A stretch of DNA of 64,000 nucleotides from Utricularia gibba (GCA_002189035.1 NEEC01000024.1:816677-880676); one strand, 5' to 3'; numbered from the stretch's first letter, positions 13,363 to 27,833 are shown. Notes: generated by a model not told the origin, from the letters alone. A program made the numbers and translations.

Positions 13363-16059
13363 TGATAAACAAAAATTTTAGCAATGTCTTTGCAATAAAA
13401 CCAAATTTACGTTATAAAATAAATTTATACGCCCTAATCTACACAAAATACAAATTTAGAAAACTTGTATAGTGGATGTCGGGGTCGATCACGAGGAGCT
13501 TGTGCTTGCTAGGTGTTTCAGCAGATGCATAATTCGGAATAACAGTGAGTCTTCGTCTAAGCTCGGACCAACAGTGGTAAACAAGTTCGGTAAACAAGAT
13601 CAGTTCTCAACGCGAAAGATAACAAGACTAGTTCTAACAAAGAGTAATATTAAGATGTCTTAAGGGTCTGCAAGTGGCATGGTGCCAAAATTCTTAATTT
13701 AATCTACCATGTTCCTACACTCACAACTTCAAATAACCTAAGTCTACCCAGGTCATTCATCACTAACATTGCAATTAGGTCTACCCGCATGCAAAATATA
13801 TAGAACAAGGTCTATTGGTTCTACCCCGAACTAACACCTATTATTCCCGTCTTGATTTGTTGGTCTACCTTTAAATCAAGCATCTTAGTTGTGAAGTTAC
13901 TTGTTCCCCTCCTTAGGTCTATTTATGTAATAATAGAAACAAGAGCTAATAAAAAATGATGAATTTTATTATGAATCCTAGATCCACACCACCATTCTTT
14001 ACCTTAAGGCATCCCTAAGGTTCTAGCTACTCATACTTGGAAGGTAAAATATGATAATGTTAACATAAAACAACGAAAAATGTCAAGAATATCGTGAAAG
14101 AGTTGGTTGCAAAAACTAAAAATGTCAACCAACAAAAGTAAAGAAGTGATAGTTCTGGTTTCCGTCGGCTACTGTTCACAGGCTGGAACAATAGTGCTAG
14201 ACTGGATCTTGATCTTCTTCCTTCACGTTGAAGGTTTTTCTCCGAAAAAAAATCGCCCTTCTTCTCCTTCTAGTTCTGTATTCTTCGTGTTGGGGGAGAA
14301 GCCCCCTTGCGTGCGTTCTACACTTGTTTGCATGTTCTTCCCACTCTATCCCCCTTTTTCGAAATATATCTCCTCTCCTTTACTCCATTGCACTGTTCCT
14401 AACACTAGCACTGTTCCCGGCCTGAACTTGCAAACTGCAGGCGGTAGAATAGTGCTCTTTGTCTCTCTTCAGATATTGCACTTTTTTTTACTTGTTCCAC
14501 ACGTTTGTGAGCCTGATTTTTGCTGCAAATCTCCCTACTGAACTTAGTCAAACATTAGTAACAAAGGTAGTGGATTAAATCAAAGGATTTAGTTCACTTT
14601 TCAACATAAACACATAAAATTAACATGAACACACAAAATTAACATAAACACACATAAACATGAAAAACCACATTTACCTAACCTAAACCACAATAAAACG
14701 TAATCATTTTGTATTATAAAATTCAGAGAAAATGTGTCATTGTTAAGTGTCATTTTCTAGTTAATTATTATGTATTATTATGTGTTAATTTTGTATGAAG
14801 TCGCCCAAATTAGGAGTCTTATTATTAAGTATTTGATTTTTACTAGAAAATTCCTATTTTCCCATTTTGTGTATATTTTATGTCTTTTTTTCTCACACTT
14901 TGACCGAGACATGTCAGGAGACTGTCATAGAGTGTTGCAGGAGTATTGCAGGTGGTCAGACTCTGAGTTTTCGTGCCTTGTGCACGAGTTGGAATGATTG
15001 TGGGTGGAAGACTGACATTAGTCAAGGCCCCTGACTTACGGCATGTCAAAATATGCAGCAATGATTGGGCGCAAACTTGCACGCAAAGAAAGTATGGTGG
15101 CACACGCAAGACAAAAGGAATGATGGGAAGGGGACCCAAAGGAGTTAATGCACGTGGGAAGTCATATAAAAACCACTTGGAGCACTTAGTTTCGGACTTT
15201 TGCCATTTCCTTTCTAGACTTAGAACTTTTAGGTTCTTCCTCCCTTCCAAGGAGAAAGAACACTTAGCTTTCAATTTCCTTTCTGTTTACATGGCATTTT
15301 CGGGCTAAAAACCTTGAGTTTTTGGGAAGTAGATGAAGTCTCCTTCCAAGTCTTGAGCAATACACTTGGTTCTTCGCTGAATTGATTTCGGATTCTGCAT
15401 ACTTCCACACGCTTTGTTGCAGTCTTTCTTTAACAACTCCTAGTCAAGGTCCATGAGTAGCAGACCACTTCTCGCGGATTTTGGTGAAGATCAAGGTGAA
15501 GAGCACCAACTCCAACCCTGCTGGTTTGAGGGAAGTAGTGGATTGTTTGTGGCCTAGGTACCGCGACAGTGGACAGGTTGTGACCTCGGACCTGCCACTG
15601 GCCATTGGGTATTAGCTAGGCACATGCGGCAATTCGGTTTTGATGGCAATCAAAGGCAATCCTCTTGTCTTCCTAATCGTCCAAGGGGGAATCACATGAG
15701 ACTATTCCCGTGCCTCTTTGTCAATCAGAGTGTAAGGGAGAGTAGGCTATTCCTTGCTCCTATAACTAGCTATTCGGAAGAAATCAGTGAAAACCAAGGC
15801 AAGGACGAACAAAGGAAGGTGATAGAATCTTATTCCCAGAAATTGCGTACCGTAGTCAAGGTCCATTACTTAGGTTGTAACTTTTATTTCTGCATCTTAA
15901 AAACCCTCTTTTACAAAACCGTGACATTTTGTAGAAGTTATTTACAAAACACTTTACACGAAAAACAACTCCCTGATATCGATATCGTACTACGCTTTCT
16001 AGTGTTTTACGTTTTAAATATTTAAAATTTTTTGAGGAAACGACACGCAACAGTCATCA
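13363..16059 (-). mobile_element. Solo LTR (family A1), TSD CTAAT, interrupted near its 5' end
   Basis: The plus strand starts tgataaac at 13363 and ends gtcatca at 16059 once 14741-16052 is removed. CTAAT at 13358-13362 and 16060-16064. Homologous to 1814-3173. Confidence 0.88.
14741..16052 (+). mobile_element. Solo LTR (family B, 1312 bp), TSD GTCAT
   Basis: Termini TGTTAAG...CGCAACA. GTCAT at 14736-14740 and 16053-16057. Confidence 0.9.
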
Positions 16060-16169
16060 CTAATGCACTTAGTCATGCCTTGAGATAAAAGGGTTAACAA
16101 GTTTGTTGTTCACTAAATCACATTAACCAAATATTACATTATTTCCTTACAAACCAACAGATCAATATG

Positions 16170-16609
16170 CGTTAGAAATCTGATGGCGGTGGCCGTATGG
16201 CACAGTCTGAGAAGGGCCGAATTACGGCAGAGCAGGCGGCCGATATCTGAAAAGCGAGATCACATAGCAGGCGCAGAAAGAAACCGATGTCTGTAGAATT
16301 CAGGACTTGGTCAGATCGACCTCTTCTATAAATAGAAGAAATCATAACGGAAAAAGGGTTTGACCCTAAGCCTCCCAACCTGTACCTTTCTTCACCATCT
16401 CGTCTTTTAAAGACTTTCTCCAGCGAGCTCCAATAGCTCCGTGGATTTTCCGTCCTTCAGCGGTTTCCACATAAAAATCCCCACCTGCCTTTCTTTCTGT
16501 TGATCAAATTGAACTAATCACCAAAAAGTATAACAAGGTGCGATATTTCCAACTGAACCTATAACCCATAAATCGGCCCCATCTCGGACACCGATTTTCA
16601 CCCTTAACA
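16170..16609 (+). mobile_element. Probable 3' half of a Tat/Retand-like LTR
   Basis: CTATAAATAG TATA-like box near 16326 and an LTR-like end gattttcacccttaaca at 16609. No 5' end or TSD found. Confidence 0.4.
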
Positions 16610-17129
16610 ATAAGTTTTCTACTTCAAAGCATTACACCTCAATATCATGACACATCACGATACACATGAACACCATGCCATATCTCATGAACTTTTACTT
16701 ATTTTAAATTACCAAATAGAAATCATTTGACAATTAAGGAGGCTTTCTCCAGTAAAAAAAAAAAATCACAGAAATTCAAGCACTCAATAGAAAGTTACAA
16801 AATCCTGATGTTGGACTCGAAAACCAATTTTTAGGGCTCAAGTAGATTTCAAAGGTTTTAAAAATACACCCATAGCTTCCTACTCCTATCTCCAAACTGA
16901 TAAATTCTTTTTGAGACATCATCGCAACATAAGATACAAAAGTTATGTGCAGCATATCTCATGAATCATAGCCAATCACATAAAAGCCATGAAACACAGA
17001 TAATCACGTAAGCACATATTTACACACAGAGCACATCACATAAATTCCGAACCCGTCATCTTGCTTACCCCTGTCCAAATCAGCCCCTTCAAAAACCAAA
17101 CCCTTCGTATATCATTCTAATATAAGCCT

Positions 17130-19330
17130 GCGAAGTTCTGCGATATTGGCACTACCGCAAAGCTCTCAACAAATCGAACTTCACAATGGTACAAACTATT
17201 CTTATGATATCCCTATCAACAGACCCCCCTTCTATCCCTCATGTTCAAATGCTTTTCCTTTCATCTATCTTCTTCTTTTTATAACATTAGTCATGTTTAT
17301 TTGTAATTCCTCTAAACGAGACACATCACCAACACATGACACTTTCTTATTCTACATGAAACACATGTCAATATCATATTAAAACACGTGGCACTCTCTG
17401 ATTGGCAATGCTATATGTTTTATCTTTGTTGTCCTTAGCTTACTAAAATCATTGGCGCTTTCCAATTGGTCATGGTTGTATGTATGATTGTTCTATGTTC
17501 TACCTTTTCCTTTCCTCCTATTCCAATCTTAATTCTAAAACCTCACAATGTATGTGAACTTATTATGAGTATTGAGTAGTCCATACTCAAGGGGAAGGCA
17601 TCCACTAAGAATGGCAAGTCTAGTATTTCTCTACTTTCTACTTTTAGGGTTTATGAAGAGGTATTGGATCATCTTCCCGGTCTTTCTTTTGGAACCTCTC
17701 TATAAAAGGTTGTTCTTTTTTTTTTCTTTCTTGAATTATACATTTGTAAGTCGATACTCCATCATTTTCCAACAATACCTTATTGTATAAAATTCCCTCT
17801 AGGACAAATGAATTTTTAAGCATTCATCAATAAAATTTGCATCATAGCCTTTCACCCCATTTTGGTCCATCTATTAGCACAACAAGGAAGAGAGGCTGTA
17901 TAACTTGCCTACAAAGTTTGCAAAGGGCCTTTGTTTCGTCCATGCTATCAATTTGCAACTCCTTGATTGCCCTTCATGAAAATGGTATGCTTGCTCTGCC
18001 ATGTAGGAGTTTGAATCTGAAAACTATGGTTAGAACAACTCCTAAACAAATAATATGTCCTTAAGTACCACTAATTACCTCCCACATGGGCATGTGTGTT
18101 GTTCATAAGGCTTTGTGAAATGGTTTTTCTTGACCAGACAATGCTTCAATGCTTGTAGTGGAGACAAGCACTTAGGGCTTTTAGAGGGTGATATGTATTT
18201 TGGCTCCATCTTAAGGGGGCCAATGGTCGAAGATTTCTGACATTTATTCTCACAAGGGATAATGTAATTCTTGCAACCAATAAGGGAAGGTAGCTCTCTG
18301 TTTGGCCTTCTCTAAAGTCCTCACTGCAAAAAAATTAATGACATTCAATGTATACTCATAAAATTAATGACATTCAATGTAATTCCCTAAGTTAGACCCT
18401 TTCTTAAGCTAAAGTCTTTGGTTGCAAAAATGTCCCTAGTATGATGCTTTGAGGGTGTTCACCACATAGTTTTGGGGGCACTTAGGATTGACTACTAGTC
18501 CTTCAAGGACATCCATAAAATAATAAACATAACAAAGATATTTTACTAATAAATCATCAAAGTAAGGTATTTCAAAAATAAAAGATTAATGACAAAGTTC
18601 TATAGAATCATGATCAATCCACGCCCAAAAGAAAATGAGACTACAACCAAGGATGTCACACACGTTAGATGAAAGATTTAGGCACCTAAGGAGAGCTACT
18701 ATGCATAGAGTAATAATTACCTTACTGTATATTAAAGACTACCTTCTCCTTGTAATGGTCTTCAGTACTTTTTATTTCCATGGATTCTATAACTCTTAGG
18801 AGATAGCCTAGCTCCATGAAGAAACCACCACGTCGTTCCAATTCCCAGGGGGTATGACAAAGGTTCTTCCCTATTCTTAACTACCCATTACTGATTCGCA
18901 AAGATTAGAACATAATATTATGCCATCTCTACTCTACTGAATCCATCAGCTTCTTCTTGAGTCAGTTAAGTAGTCCTTGCTGGGTAAAACACAAAAAGGA
19001 AAGGATGACTTATATCCCCAATTCCACTAGTAACGTGGAATCTCATGTTCGCCCAAGCTGCCATCCAAGCTTCTTGGCTCGAAAACTTCTCCATGCGCCG
19101 ACCTACAGTAATACATTGGGACTCCAATCTGCAGATAGTGAATGAACAGTCACCAAAATCATCAAAAAATAAGGATCTAGAGAATATTGCTCACATCCTC
19201 CCGGCCCTCATGATTGAGGTTATCTATACAAGAATCACCGGGTCAATATCACATTTATGGAAATACTCGTAGCTCCTGTTGTTCCACCTTCACGAAGGCA
19301 ATGGATGAGGGTGGGAATTCACCTCAAGCC
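17130..19330. mobile_element. Heavily degraded retroelement-like sequence
   Basis: LTR-like signals (acacgtggc, ctataaaagg, aataaa) and stop-ridden sequence. No clean protein motif recovered. Confidence 0.3.
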
Positions 19331-19535
19331 CTCAGTTACTTTCGAGTATATTCGTAAGGGTGTATTTGTTCTCACAAAATTAATATACCAAAAATATTTT
19401 AATAAGAATATGTAGATAGAAAAGGAATATGTTTTAATAGATACAAAATATTTTGGAGTTCATTTTTATCAAACAACGATTGTATCTTTTTCTAAAAAAT
19501 TAATATATCGTCTAATAAATCCAACCCACCATGAA

Positions 19536-19938
19536 TAGAGGTGGGCACGGGTCCGACTCGGCGGGTCACGGGTCGAACCCGCCGGGTAAAAAATGAAATG
19601 GCTGACTTGGTGGGTATGAGTTGACGGGTTGGATGGGCTGACCCGTCCCGGGTCACGGGTTGACATGTGTCATTTTTTTTTTAACTTTAATAATATTAGA
19701 CATATTCATTGATAATTAGATTATGGGCTACTTATGTATTTATATTTTTGTGAGTTAGTCCAATATTTCTTAATACACTACACGCTAGGCCCATTTATAC
19801 TGATCTGCCGGATGACTCGTACCTGTGTACAACCGACCCGTCCCGTACCCGTTTTCGACGGTTACGGGTTACGGGTTGGACCCATCACGGGTTGACCCGC
19901 CGGATACACGGGTCAACCCGTAACCGTGCCCAGCTCTA
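19536..19938. mobile_element. Non-autonomous hAT element / MITE (403 bp), 8-bp TSD ACCATGAA
   Basis: TIRs TAGAGGTGGGCACGG / CCGTGCCCAGCTCTA. ACCATGAA at 19528-19535 and 19939-19946. Dense subterminal ACCCG/CGGGT motifs. Confidence 0.92.
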
Positions 19939-21027
19939 ACCATGAAAGAAAGTAAATGAATGAAATGGAGTGAAAGAAAATTGTGAGGAAAAATCCAAAG
20001 GAAAAAAGATCGTTCTAATATACTATTAGAGAAAGGTAAATTACATTTCTTGAGATATCCAAATTTTTACTTCATTTGATCTTTTAAATATTAAGTATTT
20101 AAAATCTCAAATACATTATTCTTCTTTTTTAAATCCTCAAAAAAAATAATGAAATATAATTTTACAAGTACCATCAATTATGTTTAACAAACCCACCCAT
20201 TGTGAATACACTGACAATGCACAGTCACTTTGAAGGATTACCAAAGCATGATGTGAATCTTTCATACTTGTTTACAGGAGCTACTTCACAATGCCAAAGG
20301 AAGGGCTTGAGAGGAGAGGTACACGAAAACTTTCATCCTTGTTTTTATCGTCTTCATGTACTTGGAAAAGTTTCCTGCACCTTGCAAGCGTTTGGTATTG
20401 TGAAGTTGCCCTTGTAATCAAGGGTGAAAGATTCAACACCAGAAAATGTTTGTTTTGGTTTAAGAGCCCAGTATAGGCTCATACCAAAGGCAGTGAGTAT
20501 AATGAATCAGGTTGTTCATAACTTCCGCTCCACGCATGCTTCAGAGTCCGTCCAGCTGTGGGATTCCTTTCAAATTTCAAAATTTTTAATACCCTTTTAA
20601 CTTCGTTGCGGCAAATGGAGAACCTTTGCGTCCATTTCTGTACTGCGACCTACGGTGAAAGTAGTTCTTGACAGAGGTATGTATACTGCTTTTCGTAGTT
20701 CGTCTGTGATTTGTTCTTGTTTGGATTTCAGGGTTTATGTACCTTGCTGTTTCCCAGAAACCTTCCACGATTACGGTTTTTACGGTGTAGTTAGTTCAAT
20801 GCTTTCCGTTTCTTTTTTCTTTTACGTAGTCTGACGCTCAGGTAGCCACCGTTACTTCCGGTGGGGATTTTCTTGCTGTGTTGATGTCGTTGATTCGTTT
20901 CTGCCTACAAGTTGTTCGCCGAAATGCTCTTCTTTTTAATTCATTTGAATTTTCTTTGTATTGGTATCCCGTGACTTTCGGATCGTCGGTAACTTGATTT
21001 TTATTTTTACGTTCCAGCAAGCATGTC

Positions 21028-21775
21028 ATGGCGACCTCGGTGGCTATGAACGATGCTCCGAGGAAGCATAGGATTCTACTTGCAGCCACCGGATGTGTCG
21101 CTGCAATGAAGTTTGCTCATCTTTGCCATTGTTTTGTCGAGTGGGCTGAAGTAAAAGCTGTTGCCACTAGAGCGTCATACCATTTTCTCGACATTGCTTC
21201 CCTCCCAAAAGATGTGATTCTTTACACTGATGAAGATGAATGGTCTAGTTGGAACAGGATTGGTGACAGCGTGCTGCACATTGAGCTTCGAAGGTGGGCT
21301 GACGTTTTGGTCATTGCACCGCTGTCTGCGAATACACTTGCGAAGGTGAGTTGAGTTGTCTCCTTGAATGCACGGCATATCTCTCAATCTCAAACCACAT
21401 GAAAATGCTTTGCCTGCTTCGAATTTGATGTCTCGTGCTTCAAGACTCCATCATCAAGTTGTTTAACGTTTATCTTCTTATGTGGATCAGATTGCCACAG
21501 GATTATGCGATAACTTACTGACCTGCATCGTTCGGGCATGGGACTACAGCAAGCCACTGTTTGTTGCACCTTCAATGAACACCCTGATGTGGACCAATCC
21601 TTTCACTGAACGGCACCTGATGGTAGTCGACGAACTCGGGGTCTCCCTCATCCCACCGGTAAGGAAGAGGCTGGCCTGTGGGGATTACGGGAATGGAGCA
21701 ATGGCTGAACCTTCGCACATATATTCCACCATAAGGCTTCTCTTTGAGAAACGCGCAGCCTCCAGCGGTCAGTAA
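21028..21775 (+). CDS. HAL3: Phosphopantothenoylcysteine decarboxylase (HAL3-like flavoprotein); exons 21028-21345 and 21491-21775
   Basis: Motifs RILLAATGCVAAMKF, VLHIELRRWADVLVIAPLSANTLAK, GLCDNLLTCIVRAWD, PSMNTLMW and LACGDYGNGAMAE. The GT-AG intron is in phase and the protein is about 200 aa. Confidence 0.95.
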
Positions 21776-21973
21776 TGCAATTTTACATGGTTTTGTGAAA
21801 TTCTCTTATTCTTTGGAATGACGGGCAATTAGGGTGCTGGAGGTTGTAGTCAGCAGAAAGATATATTCGTTCCTTGGAGAATGCAAGTGACAAAGAATAC
21901 ATCATAGCACATTTGCATTTGATACGTTTCTATGGAAAAAGTACTAACAACATTGTACGCCATCGACTTCGTT

Positions 21974-24893
21974 TCATATAGTAACAGGGCTGCCCAACAC
22001 AGCAGTGCTTCTTTTGTCGGACGATGCCTGCATTCGTCTCTTGGATCTTACAGCTGCTGCTGCACCCTGTTTCCTGCCAGAAGCGGCTGCCCTGCCTTTA
22101 TTTGCATTTTGCGTTATGCGAATGGGGATTCCGCTGAGATGGAAATCATCTGTTAGTGATTTGCTCAAGAACCTCACTTCTGTATCTGGCAGCTGGTCCT
22201 TGCCACTCAGAAATGCAACAAATGTGGGTGGCCGGGCTTTCACTTGAGTGAAGTACTTGACCTTTGGCTGCGTCGACTGATCTTTCCAGGAATGTCTGCT
22301 CATGACCTGCAAGTCCAGAAACCATAGCTTATCACATCTGCTGTATGGCGAAGCAGAGACGCGATGAAACCTTTTGTAGCCAACGGTTGAGACGAGCTGT
22401 TGGCAATCTACAGCACCACTTTTCGTAAGTGTCGACTACTTGACGCATCACGGCTATCCGGCCTCTCCCTTCGATGGCAGATACGAATACGACAGGTATT
22501 CCAGTCACCTGAACACAATGAAATAGCAGGCGGCAATAGTACAAGGAAAAAAATAATGTAACAAAACGACAAGCTCCAGAATGCAGGCAACATTACCTGT
22601 GGGATGACTGTCTGAATTTCTTCTGGTACTGCATTGATCACACTCTCATACATCTTCGGGTTCCCTCTTAAAAGGTCCATCTTATTCACCACGACAACCA
22701 GACCTCGGCCTTCTTCGACTGCTCGCCTGGCTATAGCTACTTCGGCATGCTTCATACTCCTTTTGGCCTTCGCAATCTGCTCCAAGAGAATGAAAATGAC
22801 CGATAAATGAAGACCATCATTACTCTGGTTTCCGGTACACAATGTTGTGAATTGTGTAAAGGACAGAGTTTGGTTTTAATAAACATACCTCCTGGGCGTC
22901 CAAAACCAACGCAACAACATGCGCCCTCATGAGATGCTTCCTTGACTGCACAATGCTTAATGAAGACGGCCCCTTGTCCTGTTTTGTTCTTTCCAACCAC
23001 CCGGCAGTGTCAACCTGCATAGCATTTTGAGCCGCGCGCATTAGGAGGTGCTGAGGCATTTTGAGGTGTAGACTGATGGACAACGAGAGGTAAACAAACT
23101 CAAGTCGACGCTCACCAGATATATGCTTCGCCCATCATACTCAAATTCAACCCGAATCGAATCTCTGGTTAAGCCAGATTCGGGCCCAACCAAAATGCGG
23201 TTTTCTTGTAAAATTGCATTGAGTAATGTGGATTTCCCTACGTTTGGTCTCCCAACTATTGCCAACTGCAATGGAAGCTTGCCTTCAGCATCATTGGACT
23301 TCAGTGATGCACTCCGAGTTGGCTCCCCATCCGCAACTGAAAAAAAAAAAAAAAATAGCACCCCAATCGGCGACATTAGCCTGTATAAACAGCACCCACA
23401 AAACCAGAATGCTGACATGATGAAGGAAAATGAAAAGTGGCCTTTGAGATTTTACCGTTCATCTGGATCACATACTCCAAAAGCAATGGTCTCATAGCTT
23501 GATAAAGCTCAGACATTCCTAGTCCAGTTTCAGCAGATACAGCAAGAGGATCACCAAATCCTAGCGTATAAGCTTCACCAGCAGCAGCAGCAAGAGAGCC
23601 AGAAAATTCATCCAGCAACTCAGCTTTATTCATAACCACGATAGTTTTCATATTTGGGGCATTCTTTCTTAGCCACTTCCCAACATCCAAATCCATGGGC
23701 TGAAGGCCATCTCTGTAGTCGTTTTTTTTAAAATTTAAAGCAAGTAAATTGTCAAGCTCGTACTACAGAGATGTCTAGTCAGGCAAGAAAGGACCAGTAA
23801 CAAGCAAAATCACATATTCTTAGGCAAGAAAGGGAACAATCTAACCTTGCATCAACTAGGAATAGAGCAAGTTGGGCCTTTAGAAGGACATCTGCAGTCA
23901 TTGCAGCTGTCCTTCCAAGAACAGAACCTGAAGATGCCTCTGCCTCCAAACCTGCTGAATCTACAACACGAAAGCGCAGGTCACCCAACTTAGCAACCCC
24001 ATCTCGTATGTCACGTGTAACATGGTCGTTTGGTGTGTTGTAAACAAGAGCTTCTCTTCTTCGAATTAGCCTAAAACATAACAAGACACTCACATCTCAA
24101 ACGCAGAAAAATGAGAAAAGATGATCATGTCAATCCATAGTTAAGCACGAAGTCAGGATGTGAGTCTTCACCGGTTAAATAAAGCTGACTTTCCAACATT
24201 GGGACGGCCAATTATGATGACTGATGGTAGCTTCTCAACAGGAATTTTAGTAAAATCAACCGATTTTGATGAGGTAAACTTATCATTTGGGACATCCGCT
24301 AGACCTGCAAGAGCCTCAGCATCTTCAATTTCACAGCTTGAATCAGTGGATGACAATGTGGTTTCAGATATACTTCCAGCATTCTGACAACATAAAGAGC
24401 GTGATATACAGAATGAACTTCCACCCCCCAATCTGAAGGAAGTTACTCCACTATCACAGGATGTCGTAGTCCCTAACCACAGATATTGTGGCACACGTGT
24501 TAAAACCCCAAAGATCAGCAAAATCAAGCCTTGCCCTCAATTATCATTCAGCAAAAAGGTAACGATATCGATCATTCACTTTATTCAAAGAATAGTTGCA
24601 GATTTAAAAAATTACTTATGCACATCGAATCCAGTATATAGAGACACTTATAAGTAGTATCAAAACCTGAAGCTTTTGACTTCAAACATGTAAAAAAAAA
24701 AAAAAAAACGCAAGGAGTGTTTACAATACGGTGATGCTATTTGTCTGCTGCCGCTTAGAACGGTTCCTTCTCCAATGCCAAACAAGTTCGAAGCTTGTTC
24801 CCCTCCAGATATTATGGTGCGATACCTTAAGCGTTTAGCAACAGAGAAAAGGGCTCCTCGGCTCGATAAAGCCCAAAAGAATGCCTTGCACAT
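21974..24893 (-). CDS. der: Der/EngA family double GTPase, probably organelle-targeted, multi-exon; start codon and exon 1-2 junction uncertain
   Basis: Two G domains ([13 protein letters not shown]...DSAGL...NKAE and [12 protein letters not shown]...DTAGW...NKMD) plus a KH-like tail ([18 protein letters not shown]). A putative transit-peptide exon starts at ATG 24893. Confidence 0.93.
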
Positions 24894-25153
24894 CCTTAAG
24901 CTTACAAGTGACGCGCGAAAGCTCACATCATTTCCAGTCACCAAGTTCAACTCTTGGAATCAAATTGCAAGACCAACGGGCATCATCGACCAAAGTTAAT
25001 ATATCTCTGAAAAATCGTATCATCACGATTTAAGCCAGCAAGAAAAATCGTATCATCGACCAAAGTTCACATGCGATTCCACGGAGAACTCGGGAGCTTC
25101 TGCCCCGCACGGCGGGCGGCGAGACCGCCATTTCCCTTACAACTGAACTGGGT

Positions 25154-25267
25154 TGGGCTTTTCCCACACGCAAGCCCAGTATCACGAATTGAGCTCCTCC
25201 CATCGGACTAAGAACAATGGGGTCATGTTTGTACTGGGGTTCTTATTTCCATGGCAGAAGTTGGGCT
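25154..25267. promoter_or_regulatory. Three site II-like motifs (TGGGCY) upstream of the Der gene
   Basis: TGGGCT at 25154 and 25262, AGCCCA at 25173. Such motifs are common in promoters of plant ribosome and mitochondrial biogenesis genes. Confidence 0.4.
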
Positions 25268-27833
25268 TAGCTTTAGCCTTTATAGGTGGGGATAATGATA
25301 AAGCGGAAAATTGAAGGAAAAAGGAAAGTCGAGTTTCAAAGATCGTGACTTGACGTGGGAAGACGAGGAGTTAGTGGAGAACTTCTTCACTCCATTCTTG
25401 AATACGGAATCATGTGGCTCGCTGTTAGCCATCGCCTCCAAACACAAAATTGTACTCTCACAACAACCACACACAATCTTTATGATCGCTCACACGATAT
25501 GAACTTAATCGTCTTAATCAAATTAACCATTAAATATTTTATCTATAATTATATAATCTACAAAATTGTTTTATAGATTTTTTGAATATAAAAATTATTC
25601 TTTCATTTTCATGTTATTAATAACACTAGAATATATCTCTTTTTTTCTTTATTATAGTTTTTCTAACTTCAATTTTTCTATATTCTCGTTATTCCTTTAT
25701 CTCTCTTTCTGTATGGATGGTAGATGAAATTACCAAACAAATCTTATATATATTCCGAAAAGCATCACTCTATATATCTCCTCTTGTTGCTATATCCCCA
25801 AACCCTTACCAGATTTTACGAGGGGAAATGGGTAAGAGTATGCCTACACCCCTAAAGGCCTCAACTACTATTCTTGGGTCAAGGCTATGCGACGTGGTCT
25901 TTCCATTCAAGAAAAACTAGGTTTCATAAATCTAGTGTGAAAGCACCAAAGGAAAGTAATCCCCATTACGAGGATTGGGTAAGATGCGATGATATGGGAG
26001 CAATCTCATTAAGTGTACTGACACCAATATTGTTTCGATTATCTATTTAGATTATTCAACTCTTGAAATTTGCAAATGATAATTGTGTTGCAACCATTCA
26101 ATATGATATTAGCATATTGATGCTTGAAAACTCACCAATCGATGACTACTATACAATGTTGGGGAGACTTTGGGAAGAACTTTTTCTATTATCATTTATC
26201 CCATTATAGCTGTAGAGCTGCAATGATAATTATCTGAATGATTATTGAGAACAAAAAATGGAGGATAAAGTTTCAAATTCCTCATCGTTCTTGAATCTTC
26301 ATATCATAATTTGACTTAACTTTTCCTAAATTAAAAAAATTATATCATCATGTCTTTCAAGAACACAAAAAGATGAAGCAAGTCACTCCTTTATTATCCA
26401 CACCTATTAATGCATCTACTAATATTGAAATTACAAACATACCTCTATACCTCCATGAAATACGGCAGCCAAGATCAAATGTGGAAACATCAATCATATC
26501 ACAAATCATTATTATTTCATTATTGAATTTTCATTAGACAAGAAGAAGCCTTCTCAAGAACAACATTAAGAAAACGGTGATTACACACATTTTATAATAT
26601 TTTTTATTCTATAAAATTATAATTTTTAGCAATAAAATTAGATATTTTATTTATGATTCTGAGTATTTTAAGTATTTTAGTATTATTTATATTTTTATTT
26701 ATAATTATGAACTAAATTAGTTTATATTATGTTTTTCTAATATTTATCTTAGTCTAATAGCAAAGTCATGGACAAATTAAGCATCATTTTGGTATGCACA
26801 AATCGATGGTAAACAATACCAACAAAGTTAAAATAGAAAAAATAAATGAACAAGACAATTTACTCCAAAACATAAATAACTTCAACTGAAAATGAAAGGA
26901 AAAATATATGATGCACGTAAATCCAATGAAAAGAAGATAAGGAGAAAAAAGAAAGATATTTTTGTTCTTCTCTAAAGAAGAAAATAAGAGAAATAGAGAG
27001 TGAAAAAGGAGATATACGTGGAAACTTCTAATTAGACCCCCTGGAATAAGAAAAAAAATTAACTAGATTGAGAAGGATGAAGAAGTTTGATTCACTGAAG
27101 AACTCAACCTAGTTACAGGATATGCTACTTTCATCTAAAATTAGCAATGTAAAAGCAAAATCAACTATTTGACATTTTTAAGATTTTTTTGACTTTTTAT
27201 TTCTATTTATTTTTTATATCAAAATTGTGACATTGGATCTGCTTTTGTTTGAAAATGTTTTATTTATCTTTAGTATGAATGACTAGATTAGAGTGATGAT
27301 TCAGGGGAATGAGTCAATGTGCTCATTGTATTCAAATACATTCAAACCAAATTTGTATTTTCTTCTTTTAACAAATTTGGATAGATCAACAAGGGAAGAA
27401 GATGAGAACACCTAACTTAGAATTAAATCAGAGAGCTAGAAGGCATTTAGTGGGTAAGGTTGTTAGATAGAGATTAATAGAATTAGGTAAGCTTAGTCTT
27501 ATATACTTTGTAATAAAATTAAGTATGAGGTGATTTAGAAAATTTAAAAAATCTAAAACCAAAAATTTTAGAAAAAAGTCACTTAAATTTGAATATCTTA
27601 ATAATAGTTAGACTTTTGAGAAGGTTAAGACAAGAATTTCATTGAACACATAACCCTTTAAACTCTGAGATATTACATTTAATATATTAGAGTTAGCATT
27701 TGAGTTACCCTACTTATTACTTTTACATGATTGGTTGTTGCTTGTATTTTCTTAGTTATAGCTCAAACTGAAAATTGATTATCATACTTGAATACATGAA
27801 CTTTAACATAATAAGCACTAGTCTCTTTATGTT

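Larger units (their letters stand above)
8760..16140 (+). mobile_element. Host LTR (family A2) split into 8760-8895, 12854-13362 and about 16060-16140 by nested insertions
   Basis: Starts TGATAACACATATTTTTGAGTG, as does 27834. The three pieces are colinear with the reverse complement of the LTR at 42410-43594. The 3' end was not found. Confidence 0.75.

Noticed and set aside
20270-20330. Exon-like segment (ttacag...gtacac) upstream of HAL3
   Set aside because: Too short, with no recognisable protein and no linked exons.
24660-24999. Overlapping ORFs upstream of Der as a separate gene
   Set aside because: The minus-strand frame is better explained as the Der transit-peptide exon, and the plus-strand ORF has no recognisable features.
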